Source: Azolla caroliniana (Eukaryota; Plantae; Polypodiophyta). From it: 64,000 bases of DNA. This document shows, one piece after another, positions 26,020 through 38,574 of the stretch. A program made the position numbers and the translations under genes. A model generated the notes under the pieces. It saw only the letters and a list, made by a program, of their open reading frames with translations. It was not told the origin of the DNA and did not search any database. Each line of letters opens with the position of its first letter. The stretch's first letter is position 1. Location: the NCBI GenBank assembly GCA_043228905.1, contig JBHGNT010000012.1, positions 14,198,001-14,262,000 on the forward strand. The letters are read 5' to 3'.

Positions 26020-29000
26020 AATTAATCACGTGGAACATAAAAGGTCTAGGGGGTAGCAAATGTATGTTGGAGAGGAAGAACCTCCGCCAAGAGTTCAAAT
26101 CCCCTAGCTTTAGGGGGATCCCAGACATTTTGCTCTTGCAAGAGCACCATTTTAGTGCGAACAGAATCTTGAGTATTGGCAATCCTCTCGTGGGGGATTG
26201 GCATACTTTTTGGTCCCTAGCGCAGGGTGAGCATGGTAGAAAAGGGGGTGTTTGTACATCTATGAAGAATAATGTTTGTACATCTATCAAGAATAATCCA
26301 GATATTATTGTTGTGGGCCAAGGCACCATCGTGGAGGGACGTGCCATCTATGTGACTGTCAGATGGCAACAACGCATCATTGGAATAATAAATGTGTACG
26401 CCCAATTCGACAGCGATGCGAGCCTTTTTTTGAAGGCAATTAGCCGATGGCAAATGCATGGATCCTTGCAGGGGATTTTAACATGACTATGCACACAGAG
26501 GACAAGGTGGGGGGCATGCATACGGTGGTGCAGGGGTTAGAGTTAGTTGCATGGGATTTGTTGATGGGCAGAATGGGAGTGAAAGATGCTTGGTATGTAC
26601 TAAAAAAACCTTGGAGCTTGCTATGCTTCTCCAGTGCAGGCTGCAATATAAATGGCTATTGTATGTCTCCCATAGACAGAATATACATAAGCTCGGAATT
26701 GGAAAAATATGGCAGCAATGTTGAAATCATCGCAGGTTCAGCTTACTCTGATCACATGCCGGTTATGATTACGCTGGTCAATCAGAGGCGGTAAAAAAGG
26801 GACTGCAATTTGAGGATTAGTAGTAAACTTTTTGAGGATGTGGAGGTGGGAAGTAAGATAAGGAGTATATGGGAAAATAATCTAGCTGGTTGTGGTGCAT
26901 TGGATAATATTCGAGGAAAGATTATTGAAACTTCAAATTATTTGCATGAAGAGACTAAAAATAGAATTGTGATGTCTAAGGAAAGAGAGGTGAGATTAAG
27001 AAGATCGATAGCGGCTGCCCAAAGAATGCTTCAAAAAAATCCCAAGTGCTAATGGTCAAGATCAGGTCTGGAGGCTGCTAAAGAATCACTACAGTGGTTG
27101 ATTGTGTCAAGAAATAAGATGGTATTCAGGAGTTCAACAGATTGGTGGAGCAGGAATGGGGACAAGGTGAACAAACAATTTTTTAAGTTTAAAAAACCGA
27201 GCACAAATGGTAACTTCAATCCTAATCTAATTAAGGATGATGGTTCACTGTCAGAAGATGTAGCGGAGATCATGGAGGCAGTCACATCTCACTATAGTGG
27301 GCTACTCTCAAATAGTTATAGTCTCCTAGACCAACCTTCACTGGTAGAATTTGTACTAGAGGGAATGCAACCAATAATTTCAGAGGTTGCACAAGTTAAG
27401 TTGTCAGGGCCACTCTTGGAAGAGGAGTTGTCAGACGCTCTGGCAAGTTATGTAGTACGTCTTGTCCAGGCGTCGATGGATTATCAAAAGATTTTTTTGA
27501 AATTTTTTGGGAAGTAATTAAGGTTGACTTGGTTGCTGGACTAAATGAGGCATAGGATGATAGGTACCTTCTTGAGCATTTTAAAGAGGGACTAATATTT
27601 CTAATTCCTAAGGTAAAGGGTATAGTAACGGATGTGAGGCAATGGAGACCGATTACGTTGCTCAACACAATCTATAAGATTTTTGCTAATATTCTGGCAA
27701 AGAGGGTCATACCCCATCTGCATGCGCTAATTAATGTGGAACAAACAGGATTCATGGAAAATAGATGTATAATTGATAATGTGTTGACCTTTTGGGAGGC
27801 GATTGCCCTGGCAAAGAAAACCAATCAACATATTGCATGTCTCATGCTTGACTTCGAGAAGACATATAACAGAGTACAGTGGCCTTTTTTAGACAAAGTC
27901 ATGGAGCGGCTGGGACTACCCTCAAAATGGATATCAACTACGTTGGCCCTTTACAAAGGAAGCTTGAGTAGGGTGTTGGTATTAGGGAAACAAGGTCCAT
28001 CAATTCCATTATGCAAGTCTGTCAGGCAGGGGTGCCCGTTGGTCCCCTATCTTTATTTATTTATTTTAGAGGCATTCTTTTTCTTTTTAAATAGACTGGA
28101 TGCAGGAATTCAGGGATTGGTTGTCCCACATGCTTGCAAGGACTTGTTGGACTCCATGTATGTAGATGACACTATGCTCTATCTACAAGGCAATGATGCT
28201 AATTTACAACAAGCTGAAAAACGGATGGAGTTGTTTTGTAAAGCATCAGGTGGGAAAATTAATTGGAACAAAAGTAGAGGGTTTTGGGTAAGTCCAAACT
28301 CATGGCCGCTTTGGAAACCTAATGCTGATTTTCAATGGGTCCCTAATGGAAGGGCTATTAAATATTTGGGCTTTTTGGTGGGAGTAGAGATTCAGAAAAA
28401 CCAGCAGCTTGAGCAAGAGAAAGACAAAATCAGAAAAAAGCTTCGGTTATGGGCATCAATAAAGCCTTCCCTTGCAGGTAGAGTGGTTGTAGTAAACTAC
28501 ATTTTGTTGGCCACCATGTGGCACTCATTGGCATGTTGGATATTAGATAAAGATTGCATCAAAAATATTAAGGCAATGGTGAGAGGGTTCCTTTGGTTGG
28601 GTAGAGACCATGAGACGACATCAGCTAAAGTGGCTTGGAGTTGTTTGATCAAGGCAAAAAATCAAGGTGGACTAGGGATGGTGAGAGGGTTCCTTTGGTT
28701 GGGTAGAGACCATGAGACGGCGTCAGTTAAAGTGGCCTGGAGTTGTTTGATCAAGGCAAAAAATCAAGGTGGACTAGGGATGGTGGATCCGATTCACCAA
28801 AGTAAGGCTTCACTCGGTAAGCTCCTGGTGCGAAGTCTCCAACTTGGACTAGAATTGTGGAAATTGCTTCTTAGAGATAGAACTGAACTCTCGTGTCCGA
28901 GGAATGCCGGCCCTTGGAAGGCAAAGAAGTTGTGGTTATTCAGTCCAGGCCTAAAGGAGGATAGGGTGGCCCGCACCATAATGAGGGCCTGGTCAAGTTT

Positions 29001-29130
29001 AAGAGAGGGGCTGGTTTTAATGCAGCCAAAAATGATGGAGGAACAACTCCGTCAACCACTGTTTTGGAACCCCAGGATTAGAGATGACGATAGTATGATG
29101 CTTGGCCAGAAAAAATACTTGCCATGGGGG
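26016..29130 (+). pseudogene. LINE ORF2 (APE endonuclease + RT), disrupted
   Basis: LITWNIKGL, LLQEHH, ILAGDFN, SDHMP, WRPITLLN, LDFEKTYN, RQGCPL, YVDDT, KYLG. Confidence 0.92.
28576..28785 (+). repeat. In-frame 102-bp tandem duplication in LINE ORF2
   Basis: MVRGFLWLGRDHET..KVAWSCLIKAKNQGGLG occurs twice, with ATGGTG at 28576, 28678 and 28780. Confidence 0.95.
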
Positions 29131-32100
29131 CGCATTCAGATGGAGGAAGAGGACGCGGCCGTACAAGAAGAGGCCGATTCGGCCAACTTGGACGAGGCAG
29201 ACAATGCCCGACTTATGAAAACAACTCTCAATTACGACAACAAGATGGAGGCCATCGAGGAACTTTCGGAAGAAGGGGGAGCCACCATTCCGGTCCGAGC
29301 CGACAAAACTTGGTCGATTGCAGATATTGCGGAAAAATCGGTCACTGCGAAGAAGAATGCCATAAGAAGATATGCAAGTTGGCTTCCACTAGCCAACAAC
29401 TCACCAATTACACTGCCAACTCCGAGTACGACGACTACGGTGGATTATTCATAATGAGACATAGAGTGAATTCTATGTCGGCCTCTAATTCTACTAGGGC
29501 CTCTGGTCCGGAAGACGTATGGTTCGTCGATTCCGGTGCCTCGAACCATATGACATCGCATCTAGAATGGTTCCGAGAACTTCAAGAGCCGGAACCACCC
29601 GACTATGTCGAAACTGGAGACGACACTACGCACCCGATTCAGCACATCGGCAATGTCCCGTTCGGAGAAAAAGGTAAGCAAACTTACATTAAAAATGTCT
29701 TGCATGTACCAACTATCACGAAGAATTTCGTCTCCGTCGGTCAAATTGTGGAGCAAGGAATGCAAGTTCAATTTAATTACGGCGGTTGCTTCATCGAAAA
29801 ATAGGGCCGACTCATCGTGTGCAGACGAAGCGAGGGCCGAATGTTCATTCTCGACTCGCTCGAGATAAAATCGGCCATGTTTGCAAAATGCATGAAAGCC
29901 AAGTCCGACATAGAGTTATGGCACAAGCGAATTGGCCATATCAACCTTCAAAAGCTCAAGGCGATGCAATCGAAAGGAGTCGTCATCAGACTCTCGACCA
30001 TCAAAGAAAGACAGATTGAAGGCGTATGTGCAGCTTCCCAATTCGGTAAGCAACATCGGCATCCATTTCCAAAGGAGAGGAATGTAAGAAAAGGCGTACT
30101 CGACGTAATTCATTCCGATGTATGGGGACTGGCTCAAATGGCGACATTCGGTGGATGCCGATACTACGTGACCTTCATCAATTACTTCTCTTGGCACACT
30201 TGGATCTACCCGATGCGGCAAAAGAGCGAAGTGTTTGGACACTTCCAAAAATTCAAGAATAAAGTCGAGAAAGCCACGGGCCGACATGTACGATGTCTTC
30301 GGTCGGATGGAGGCAAGGAATATTTCTCGGAAGAGTTTACGATGTATCTATGGAAAGAAGGAATTCGACGAGAGTTTTCGTGTCGACATACGCCACAACA
30401 AAACGGAGTGGCCAAACGAAAGAATCGGCACATCCTTGAAGTAGCATGAGCCATGATGAACGAGAAGCATGTGTTGAAGTCGTATTGGGCAGAAGCGGCT
30501 AACACAGCCGTATACCTCATGAATCGGTGTACGACATCGGGTGTGCATGAACTTACTCCCCACGAGAAGTGTTTCGGAAAGAAGCCGGACCTATCACATG
30601 TTCAAATATTCGGCTCCATTGCGTATGTGCACATCCCCGACGAGAAGCGTCAAAATCTTGACCCGAAGTCTGAGAAATGTATCCTCGTAGGATATTCACT
30701 GGAGCAAAAGGGGTACAAGTGCTACAACCCCTCAACTCGAAAATCTCGATTAAGTCGAGACATCGTTTTCGACGAGTCCGCATCTTGGTACGCACCAGAG
30801 ATAACTTCGACTTCGATTCCACTCAACCCGGATTCCGCTGAAATAGAGATAGAAGCCGAAGATCGACTCACACGCATGTTCGAAGAAAGCCCAATTACGG
30901 CAAGGCTTAGTGGGCCACAAGAACCCCCGAGTGATCAAAGCACATCTCGGCCAAGTCCGAAGATGGACAAAGGGAAGGGGAAAATAACGGAGTATAAAGA
31001 CGATCACTTTGATGGGAACGAATCGACTCACTCCCTCGATAGTGAGTTCGAAGGCCTTGAGATCCGGACAAATGGAGCGGAGAAAGCCGTAGTATCCGCA
31101 AACGAGAAGATCCACCAATCCACCCGTGAAAACAACCCCGTAAGCTTATTCGGCTACAACGATTATATGGCGTACCATTACGCTTTTATGATGAAGGTAG
31201 TGACAATACGGGAGCCGGAAACGTTTTCCGAAGCCGCGACGGACCCCAAATGGGTTGAAGAGATGAATGAGGAGATGCAAGCACTCTCCAAGAACGAGAC
31301 ATGGGATCCCGTTACCCACTCACCGCACAAGAAGGCAATTGGCTACATATGGATCTACAAGGTGAAGTATAATGATGACGGCTCCGTAAACCGTTACAAA
31401 GCTCGACTCGTAGCGAAAGGATACGCACAAACACATGGAGTCGGCTATGAAGTGACCTTTGCCTCAGTGGCAAAGATGACGATGGTGCGTGACAGGAACT
31501 ACACGCTCCCTATGCGCAATGCTTGGCCACAACCGAGCTTAGAATCTTACACAGAAAACGGGAATGAATGCACGGCACAGTGAAGAGAAGAGTACACATG
31601 ATGTTTACGTGGAAAACCCAAACTCGGGAAAAACCACGGCAGCCCACAGACCGCAAAATATCACTATATTAGAATGTACAATAGGAAAGCACCGAGGCCA
31701 CGACCTCGAGCTTGCTGTCTTCGCCATAGGCGGCGGTTACAAAAGAGGCAACGACCTCTTCCTCTCTCTCACTCTCTCTGTACACTGTTACACGCTCTAA
31801 TCTTGCGCAAACAAGAATGACAACAACAACACCTAAGTTTGCCCTAAGTCATATTTATACTAATATGACTTTTCGGCTATTCACAAATAAAGCCCCGATG
31901 GACTCTCAGAAAACATATTTACAAATATGTCCCTTTATCCGGTGAGCACTCCTTACCGGGCCTGCATCATCCGGCGCTTGCCGAGTACTCGTCATCCGGT
32001 TCTCACCGGGTCTTCCAATGCCAGGTTGCCGTCATCTGGTTCTCACCGGTTCTTCCATAGCCAGGTTGCCGTCATCCGGTTCTCACCGGGTCTTCCGTAG

Positions 32101-32172
32101 CTGGGTACTCCACATCCGGTTTCAGCCGAGGCCTCCCATCTGGAGGGACCTGTTTCCTAACAAACTCCCCGT

Positions 32173-35100
32173 TCACTCCGGCATGGGATGTGTTACTAGT
32201 CCGATCTGCTTTCGACATGCATCCGGCTTGTCGGGTATCATTACTTTGGTCAAGATATTTGACCCGTTCTCGGCCGTGTGGATCTTCAGCAGCGCGAACT
32301 CCTGGTCATCTACTCTTTCCTGGATCCAGTGATACCTTCGCTGGATATGCTTTGTCCGGGAATGGTAGGCCGCATTCTTAGCAAGGTGGATGGCACTTTG
32401 ACTGTCGCAATAGAGCTGGTATTCATCTTGCCGGATACCGAGCTCTCCGATGAAGTCCTTCATCCATAATATTTCCTTGCCGGCTTCCACAACCACCATG
32501 TACTCCGCCTCCGTGGTTGACAACACAACCGTCTTCTGCAGCCTCAACTACCACGAAACAGCTCCCCCTGCATATGTCATTACATACCCAGATGTAGACC
32601 GGCTGGTATCCACATCAGCCGACATGTCCGAATCGGTAAAACCGTCAAGTTGAGGTTTACCGGAGCCGAATCAGAGACACATATTTGAAGTGCCCTTGAA
32701 GTACCGGAGTATCCATTTGACCGCGTTCCAATGCTCCTTGCCGGGATTGCTCATAAACCGCCTCACCACTCCGACTACGTATCCTATATCCGGTCAGGTA
32801 CACCCATTGCGTACATCAAGCTCCCGACGGCAGAGGCATATGGAACCTTCATCATATCAGCCTTCTCTGCTTTCGTCTTCGGGCTTTGCATATTGGATAA
32901 TCTGCAGTTTGCCGGGAGTGTCGTTTCGACCGGTTTCGCTTCTAACATGTTGAACCGCTGAAGAACCTTTGTCATGTACTTCTCCTATGACAACCACAAT
33001 TGCTTTGTTGGCCAGTTCCGGATGATATGCATCCCCAACATCTGTCTTTCCGAACCCAAGTCTTTCATTGCAAAGGTTCGATTGAGGGCCTTCTTCAACA
33101 TCCGTATTTTGGCTTGGTCCCGTCTGACGATCAACATGTCGTCCACGTACAGAAGGAGTATCAGGAAGTCGCCTCCTTCGAACTTCTTCACAAACACGCA
33201 GTGATCGGCCTGCGTCTTGTCGTACCCTTGATCAGTCATGAAGGAGTCGAACTTCCGGTACCATTGTCGGGGAGCCTGCTTCAGTCCGTACTGTCAGGCT
33301 CTTCTTCAACCGGCAAACCAGGCGCTCCTTCCCTTTCTCCAAAAATCCTTCCGGTTGCTGCATGTAGATCTCCTCTTCGAGGTCACCATGAAGGAATGTC
33401 GTCTTCACGTCCAACTGCTCTACCTCGAGGTCCATGCTAGCCGCTATACTCAGCACCGTCCGGATGGAGGTCATCTTTACTACCGGGGCAAATATCTCGT
33501 CGAAGTCCACACCCTTCTTCTGCTGGAACCCCTTCACCACGATCCTAGCCTTGTATCTCGGGGGGTTGCCGTCATCTCCCGGTTTCAACTTGTACACCCA
33601 CTTGTTTCGGAGTGCCCGCTTTTCTTTCGGCAACTCCACCAATTCGTACGTATGGTTCTCATGCAGGGAATCCATCTCATCCTGCATGGCACTTAACCAT
33701 TTGCGGCTGTGGGTGTCATCCTTCGCTTCTTCGAAGCTTTCCGGCTCTCCCTCATCGGTCAGCAGCACATGCTCTGAATCCGGAAATCTTCGGGGGGCCC
33801 TTCTCTCTCTGAGAGGATATCTCCGTCTTTGGCCTTCGGCAACTGGCTCCACTATTTGATCTTCATCTGAATCCGATTCGGGGTCTTGGCCGGTTCCGGT
33901 TTCAGCTTCCTCTACTTCTTCTTCTGCCGGTTCGGTATCCTCACCGTAACCGGCTGGTTCCTCGAGTGCTAACCGGTCTTTTCCCGGTTGGGTCTGCTCA
34001 TCGTAGAATCGATCCTTACCGGTTGACTCGGAGTTCATTATCTTCTTCTCCGACTCCCAGTCGGCGAGTGTCTTGTCCTCCAAGAAGATAATATCTCGAC
34101 TCCGGAATACCTTCTTGTCGACCAGGTCCCACACTCGGTAGCCGAACTCATCGTCACTGTAACCGAGGAATATGCATGGCCGGGTCTTCGGATCTAGTTT
34201 TCCTCTCCAGTCCTTAGCTACATGCACATGCGCAAGACACTTGAATACTTTCAGATGCCAGTAGGACACTTCCTTACCGGTCCAGACTCTTTGTGGTGTG
34301 TCTCCGTCCAAGGGTACTAAGGGTGATCTGTTTATCACATATGTCACCGTCGACAGTGCCTCAGCCCAAAACTTCTTGGGTAGTTTTGCATGCGCCAACA
34401 TACTCCGGACCCTCTCCATTATGGTCCGGTTCATCTTCTCGGCCAACCCGTTTAGTTCCGGCGTCTTCGGCATGGTAAATTCGAGCCGGATTCCCTTTGA
34501 GCGATAGTACTCCTCGAACTGCCCCCGGTATTCACCTCCGTTATCTGCTCGAACCGCTTTCAGCTTCCAACCGGTTTCTTTTTCCACTCTCGTGTGGAGC
34601 TCTTTGAAGACGGATAGCACCTGATCCTTCGTCTTCAACAGTGTGGCCCATAGCTTCCGGCTGTAGTCATCAATGAACGTCACGAAGTACTGCGATCCTG
34701 AATGTGACTTCGTGTCCACTTGACACACATCAATATGCACCAACTCCAGTGGTGCATTACGTCTCATCGGTGGCCTTGGTCGGAAGGAGGTCCGGTTTTG
34801 CTTACCGGCCAGGCAATTAGTGCACTTCAAGTGCACGTTCTTCACTGTAATGAGGTTGTCGTCTGCAAGCCTCTTCATCCCCTTCTCGCTCATGTGACAC
34901 AGCCTTTTGTGCCACAGCTCACCGGCAGTGTCAGATGCCACGTTCACTTCCTCCAGACATAACCGGGCATTCATCAGGTACAGTGTGTTTACCTTCCGGG
35001 CCCGAGCCACAATCAGGCTCCCTTTGCTGAACTTCATAACACCGTTCCGGATGCTACCCGTGTAGCCTTCATCATGTAGCCCACCGGCTGATATCAGGTT

Positions 35101-35900
35101 CAGATGAACCTCTAGAACGTGTCGAACATCCTTCAGCAGCAGCTTGCATCCGGTTGGTGTTGTCAGCCACACGTCTCCTATGCCGACAATTCGGCATGTA
35201 CCTTCATTCCCCATCCGGACACAACCGTGATCACCGGTTGAGTAGGATGACAAGCATTTCCGGTCCGGGGTAGGGTGGAACGACGCTCCGGAGTCGACTA
35301 CCCAAGTCATCTCGTCGCCGGCAAGGTTTAGCTCACTCTCCTCGGTGATGAGCATAAAATTTTCTTCACTTGCCGCGATTGCCGTCGTTCCCTTCCGGTT
35401 TGGCCCCCTCCGGTCTTTACCGTTCCGGTCTGGTGTCCGCTTTGAATCAGTACTGTCGGTTTCCTTGTCTTTTCGGAAGTGCCGACAATTCTTCTGGAAG
35501 TGTCCCGGCTTGCCGCAATAGAAGCAAGTAGGCCTCCCCATTGACTTTGACCGTGTCCCCGACTTTTCCCGGTTCTGGGGACTACAGTTCCTTTGTCTTC
35601 CGCATTCCGATTCGGTAAGGAGCGCTTTGGAGTCGGAGCTCGTATCCTTATCTCTCTAACGCGCCTCCTCATCTAGCAAGCTCGACTTCACTCTTGCTAG
35701 GGATAACCATTTCCCTTCCGGCTCGGCGGTGCCCAAAGTGACAACCAACGTCTCCCAGCTATCTAGGAGGGAACCGAGTAGGAGTAGCGCTAGTACCTCA
35801 TCGGCAAGAGGTACTTCCAATGATGTTGCCTGGTGGATCAACCCTTGAAGGCATTCATGTGCTCCACCATGCTGGAGCCATCTTGGTACCGGAGTCTTAC
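32173..35900 (-). pseudogene. Copia C gag-pol, N-terminally truncated, with stops and frameshifts
   Basis: ORF pieces 35656-35841, 33232-35541, 32985-33239, 32784-32975 and 32173-32547 closely match Copia H. Confidence 0.9.
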
Positions 35901-36003
35901 TAAATCGTTACAAAGCTCGACTCGTAGCGAAAGGATACGCACAAACACATGGAGTCGGCTATGAAGTGACCTTTGCCTCAATGGCAAAGATGACGATGGT
36001 GCG
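35901..36003. repeat. 103-bp copy of Copia B host flank (31387-31489) inside Copia C
   Basis: Two mismatches to 31387-31489. Sits where the PBS and gag start should be. Confidence 0.93.
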
Positions 36004-38114
36004 TGACAGGAACTACACGCTCCCTATGCGCAATGCTTGGCCACAACCGAGCTTAGAATCTTACACAGAAAACGGGAATGAATGCACGGCACAGTGAAGA
36101 GAAGAGTACACAGGATGTTTACGTGGAAAACCCAAACTCGGGAAAAACCACGGCAGCCCACAGACTGCAAACTATCACTATATCAGAATGTACAATAGGA
36201 AAGCACCGAGGCCACGACCTCGAGCTTGCTGTCTTCACCATAGGCGGCGGTTACAACAGAGGCAATGACCTCTTCCTCTCTCACACTCTCTCTGTACACT
36301 GTTACACGCTCTAATCTTGCGCAAACAAGAATGACAACAATAGCACCTAAGTTTGCCCTCAGTCATATTTATACTAATATGACTTTTCGGCTATTCACAA
36401 ATATAGCCCCAATGGACTCTCAGAAAACATATTTACGAATATGTCCCTTAATCCGGTGAGCACTCCTCACCGGGCCTGCATCATCCGACGCTTGCCGGGT
36501 ACTCATCATCCACTTCTCATCGGGTATTCCGTAACCGGGTACTCCACATCCGGTTCTCACCGGGTCTTTACCATCCGGCTCTTGCCGGGTACTCATCATC
36601 CGGTTCTCACAAGGTCTTCCAATGCCGGGTTGCCGTCATCCGGTTCTCACCAGGTCTTCCGTAACCGGGTACTCCACATCCAGTTTCGGCCGAGGCCTCC
36701 CATCCGGAGGGACCTGTTTCCTAACAGTGCGGACCGTGATCGCACCTGCAGCGGCAAAAGGGTGACACCTCCACCAAATGGACGTCAGGAACGCCTTTCT
36801 TCAAGGCGAATTAGACGAGGTGTACATGGTACAACCACCCGTCTTCGAATCACGCATTCATCCAAAACCCGTATGCCAACTCAAGAAGCCTCTCTATGGC
36901 CTCAAGCAAGCATCGCATGCTTGGCATTCGAAGATTACGCAATATCTTCATCAAATCGGCTTTCGAATGTTGAAATCCGACAACTCCCTCTACATATGAC
37001 ACGACTCTAGAAGCCTAATTATCATCATCCTATATGTGGATGATCTGGTCATTGGAGGTGAAATTTTAGTTGACATCAATAAGGTGAAGTCCCTCCTCTC
37101 CAACAAATTCAAGATGACGGATATGAAGGAGCTTCATTACTTCCTAGGCATTGAGGTAATTCGGACTCCGGTTGGCATTATGATCTCCCAATGGCACTAT
37201 ATCCTCAACTTGTTATACAAGTTCGAGATGACTCAGTGTAAATCTGTGGCAACGCCCCTCGATCGAAACCTCAAACTAGATGTTGACTCCGGCATAGACG
37301 AGTGCAAGCCGACCCAATATCATCAACTGATCAGGAGCCTCATCTATCTCACGATCACTCGACCCGACCTTAGCTATCCAGTTGGACTCCTTAGCCAATT
37401 CATGCAAACTCCGCGAGATATCCATTTCGATTGCGCTAAGAGAGTATTACGATACGTGAGTGGCACAATGGATTACGGTGTTCACTACGCATCGGCCACA
37501 CCAATACGACTCGAAGGGTACACAGACGCAGACTGGGCAGGCTACAAAGCCGATCGACGATCGACCTCCGGATTTGTCTTCTCGCTCAGTAGTGGAGAAA
37601 TATCTTGGAGTAGTAAGAAGCAGCCTACCGCCGCACTTTTGAGTACGGAGGCCGAATACAGGGGTGCAACCGTAGCTGCATGTGAAGCCGTATGGCTCAA
37701 GAGGATTTTGAAGGATCTAGGCATCCCCATCAAGGATCTGACTTCCATTTAATGGGACAACATGAGCAGTATATATCTGGTTCCACGCACGCAAAAAGCA
37801 TATCGAAGTGCACTATCACTTCATTCGAGAGCGCGTACAGGCCGGAGATGTCGACCTTCAACACATCAACACGAATCTTCAAACAACCGACATCTTTACC
37901 AAAGCCTTAGGAGCCAACAATCTTTGGCAATTCATGTCAAAACTCGGATTGATGATTCCTGACTTGCCAAGCTTGAGGGGGAGTACAAGCGAGAACCGGG
38001 TACCGTCCGAACTGGGTACAAGCCAAAGCGGACACCAGAGATCGTCCAAACAGGATACCGGCCGAAGCGAACATCAATCAAAAGGAACCGACCTGAGTTG
38101 AGCTTGAGGGGGCG

Positions 38115-38574
38115 TGTTGAGAATCAAGCTCAACATAGTGCAACGTGTGAACACACATTTTGAGAATCCATGATTACTCAAAGGTCAAGAGTCACACCAC
38201 TACACTCTACACATTAACTATGTGTCATAGAATCATATTCTATGACACATAACTAATGAGTTACATATTCCCCATGACTATGAGTCTTCACATTCCCCAA
38301 GAGAGAGAGTGGTTGTTGTAAAGTTAATGAAGAGAAAGGGTGACTCTATATAAAGCACCCTCCTCATACTTCATACTAAGTTGGTTGTGACTCCTTGTAA
38401 TGCTACATTTTCATTTATCATATTCTCCTTGTTAATATACATCTCCTTCTTCTTCAATACTTCATTTTGTCTCTTATCCATCTTGTGTTTCTCTCCTCCC
38501 CTCTTTCCTCTCACACATACACATAACACACATCTCTTCCGCTACACAAGAATCACCATCGATTCTTTACAACA
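38115..38574 (+). repeat. 3' LTR of Copia B
   Basis: TGTTG...CAACA after the PPT CTTGAGGGGGCG. TATATAAA near 38347. No partner LTR in the window. Confidence 0.75.

Larger units (their letters stand above)
18474..29130 (+). mobile_element. L1-clade LINE, split by a Gypsy insertion and 3'-truncated
   Basis: ORF1 with zinc knuckle. ORF2 with APE endonuclease and RT. Confidence 0.9.
31490..36726 (-). mobile_element. Ty1/copia element C (A/H-related) nested in the RT of Copia B
   Basis: LTRs 31490-32162 and 36004-36726. TSD GTGCG at 31485-31489 and 36727-36731. PPT 32163-32170. PBS missing. Confidence 0.93.
29130..38574 (+). mobile_element. Ty1/copia element B (separate family), 5'-truncated, host of Copia C
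   Basis: CRYCGKIGH knuckle, WFVDSGASNHM, RSDGGKEY, YKARLVAKG, YVDDL, YTDADWAG. PPT 38103-38114 and 3' LTR 38115-38574. Confidence 0.9.

Noticed and set aside
27634-29454. 606-aa ORF as a novel RT fusion protein
   Set aside because: The tail is an off-frame read of Copia B gag past a deletion junction, and upstream ORF2 is already broken.
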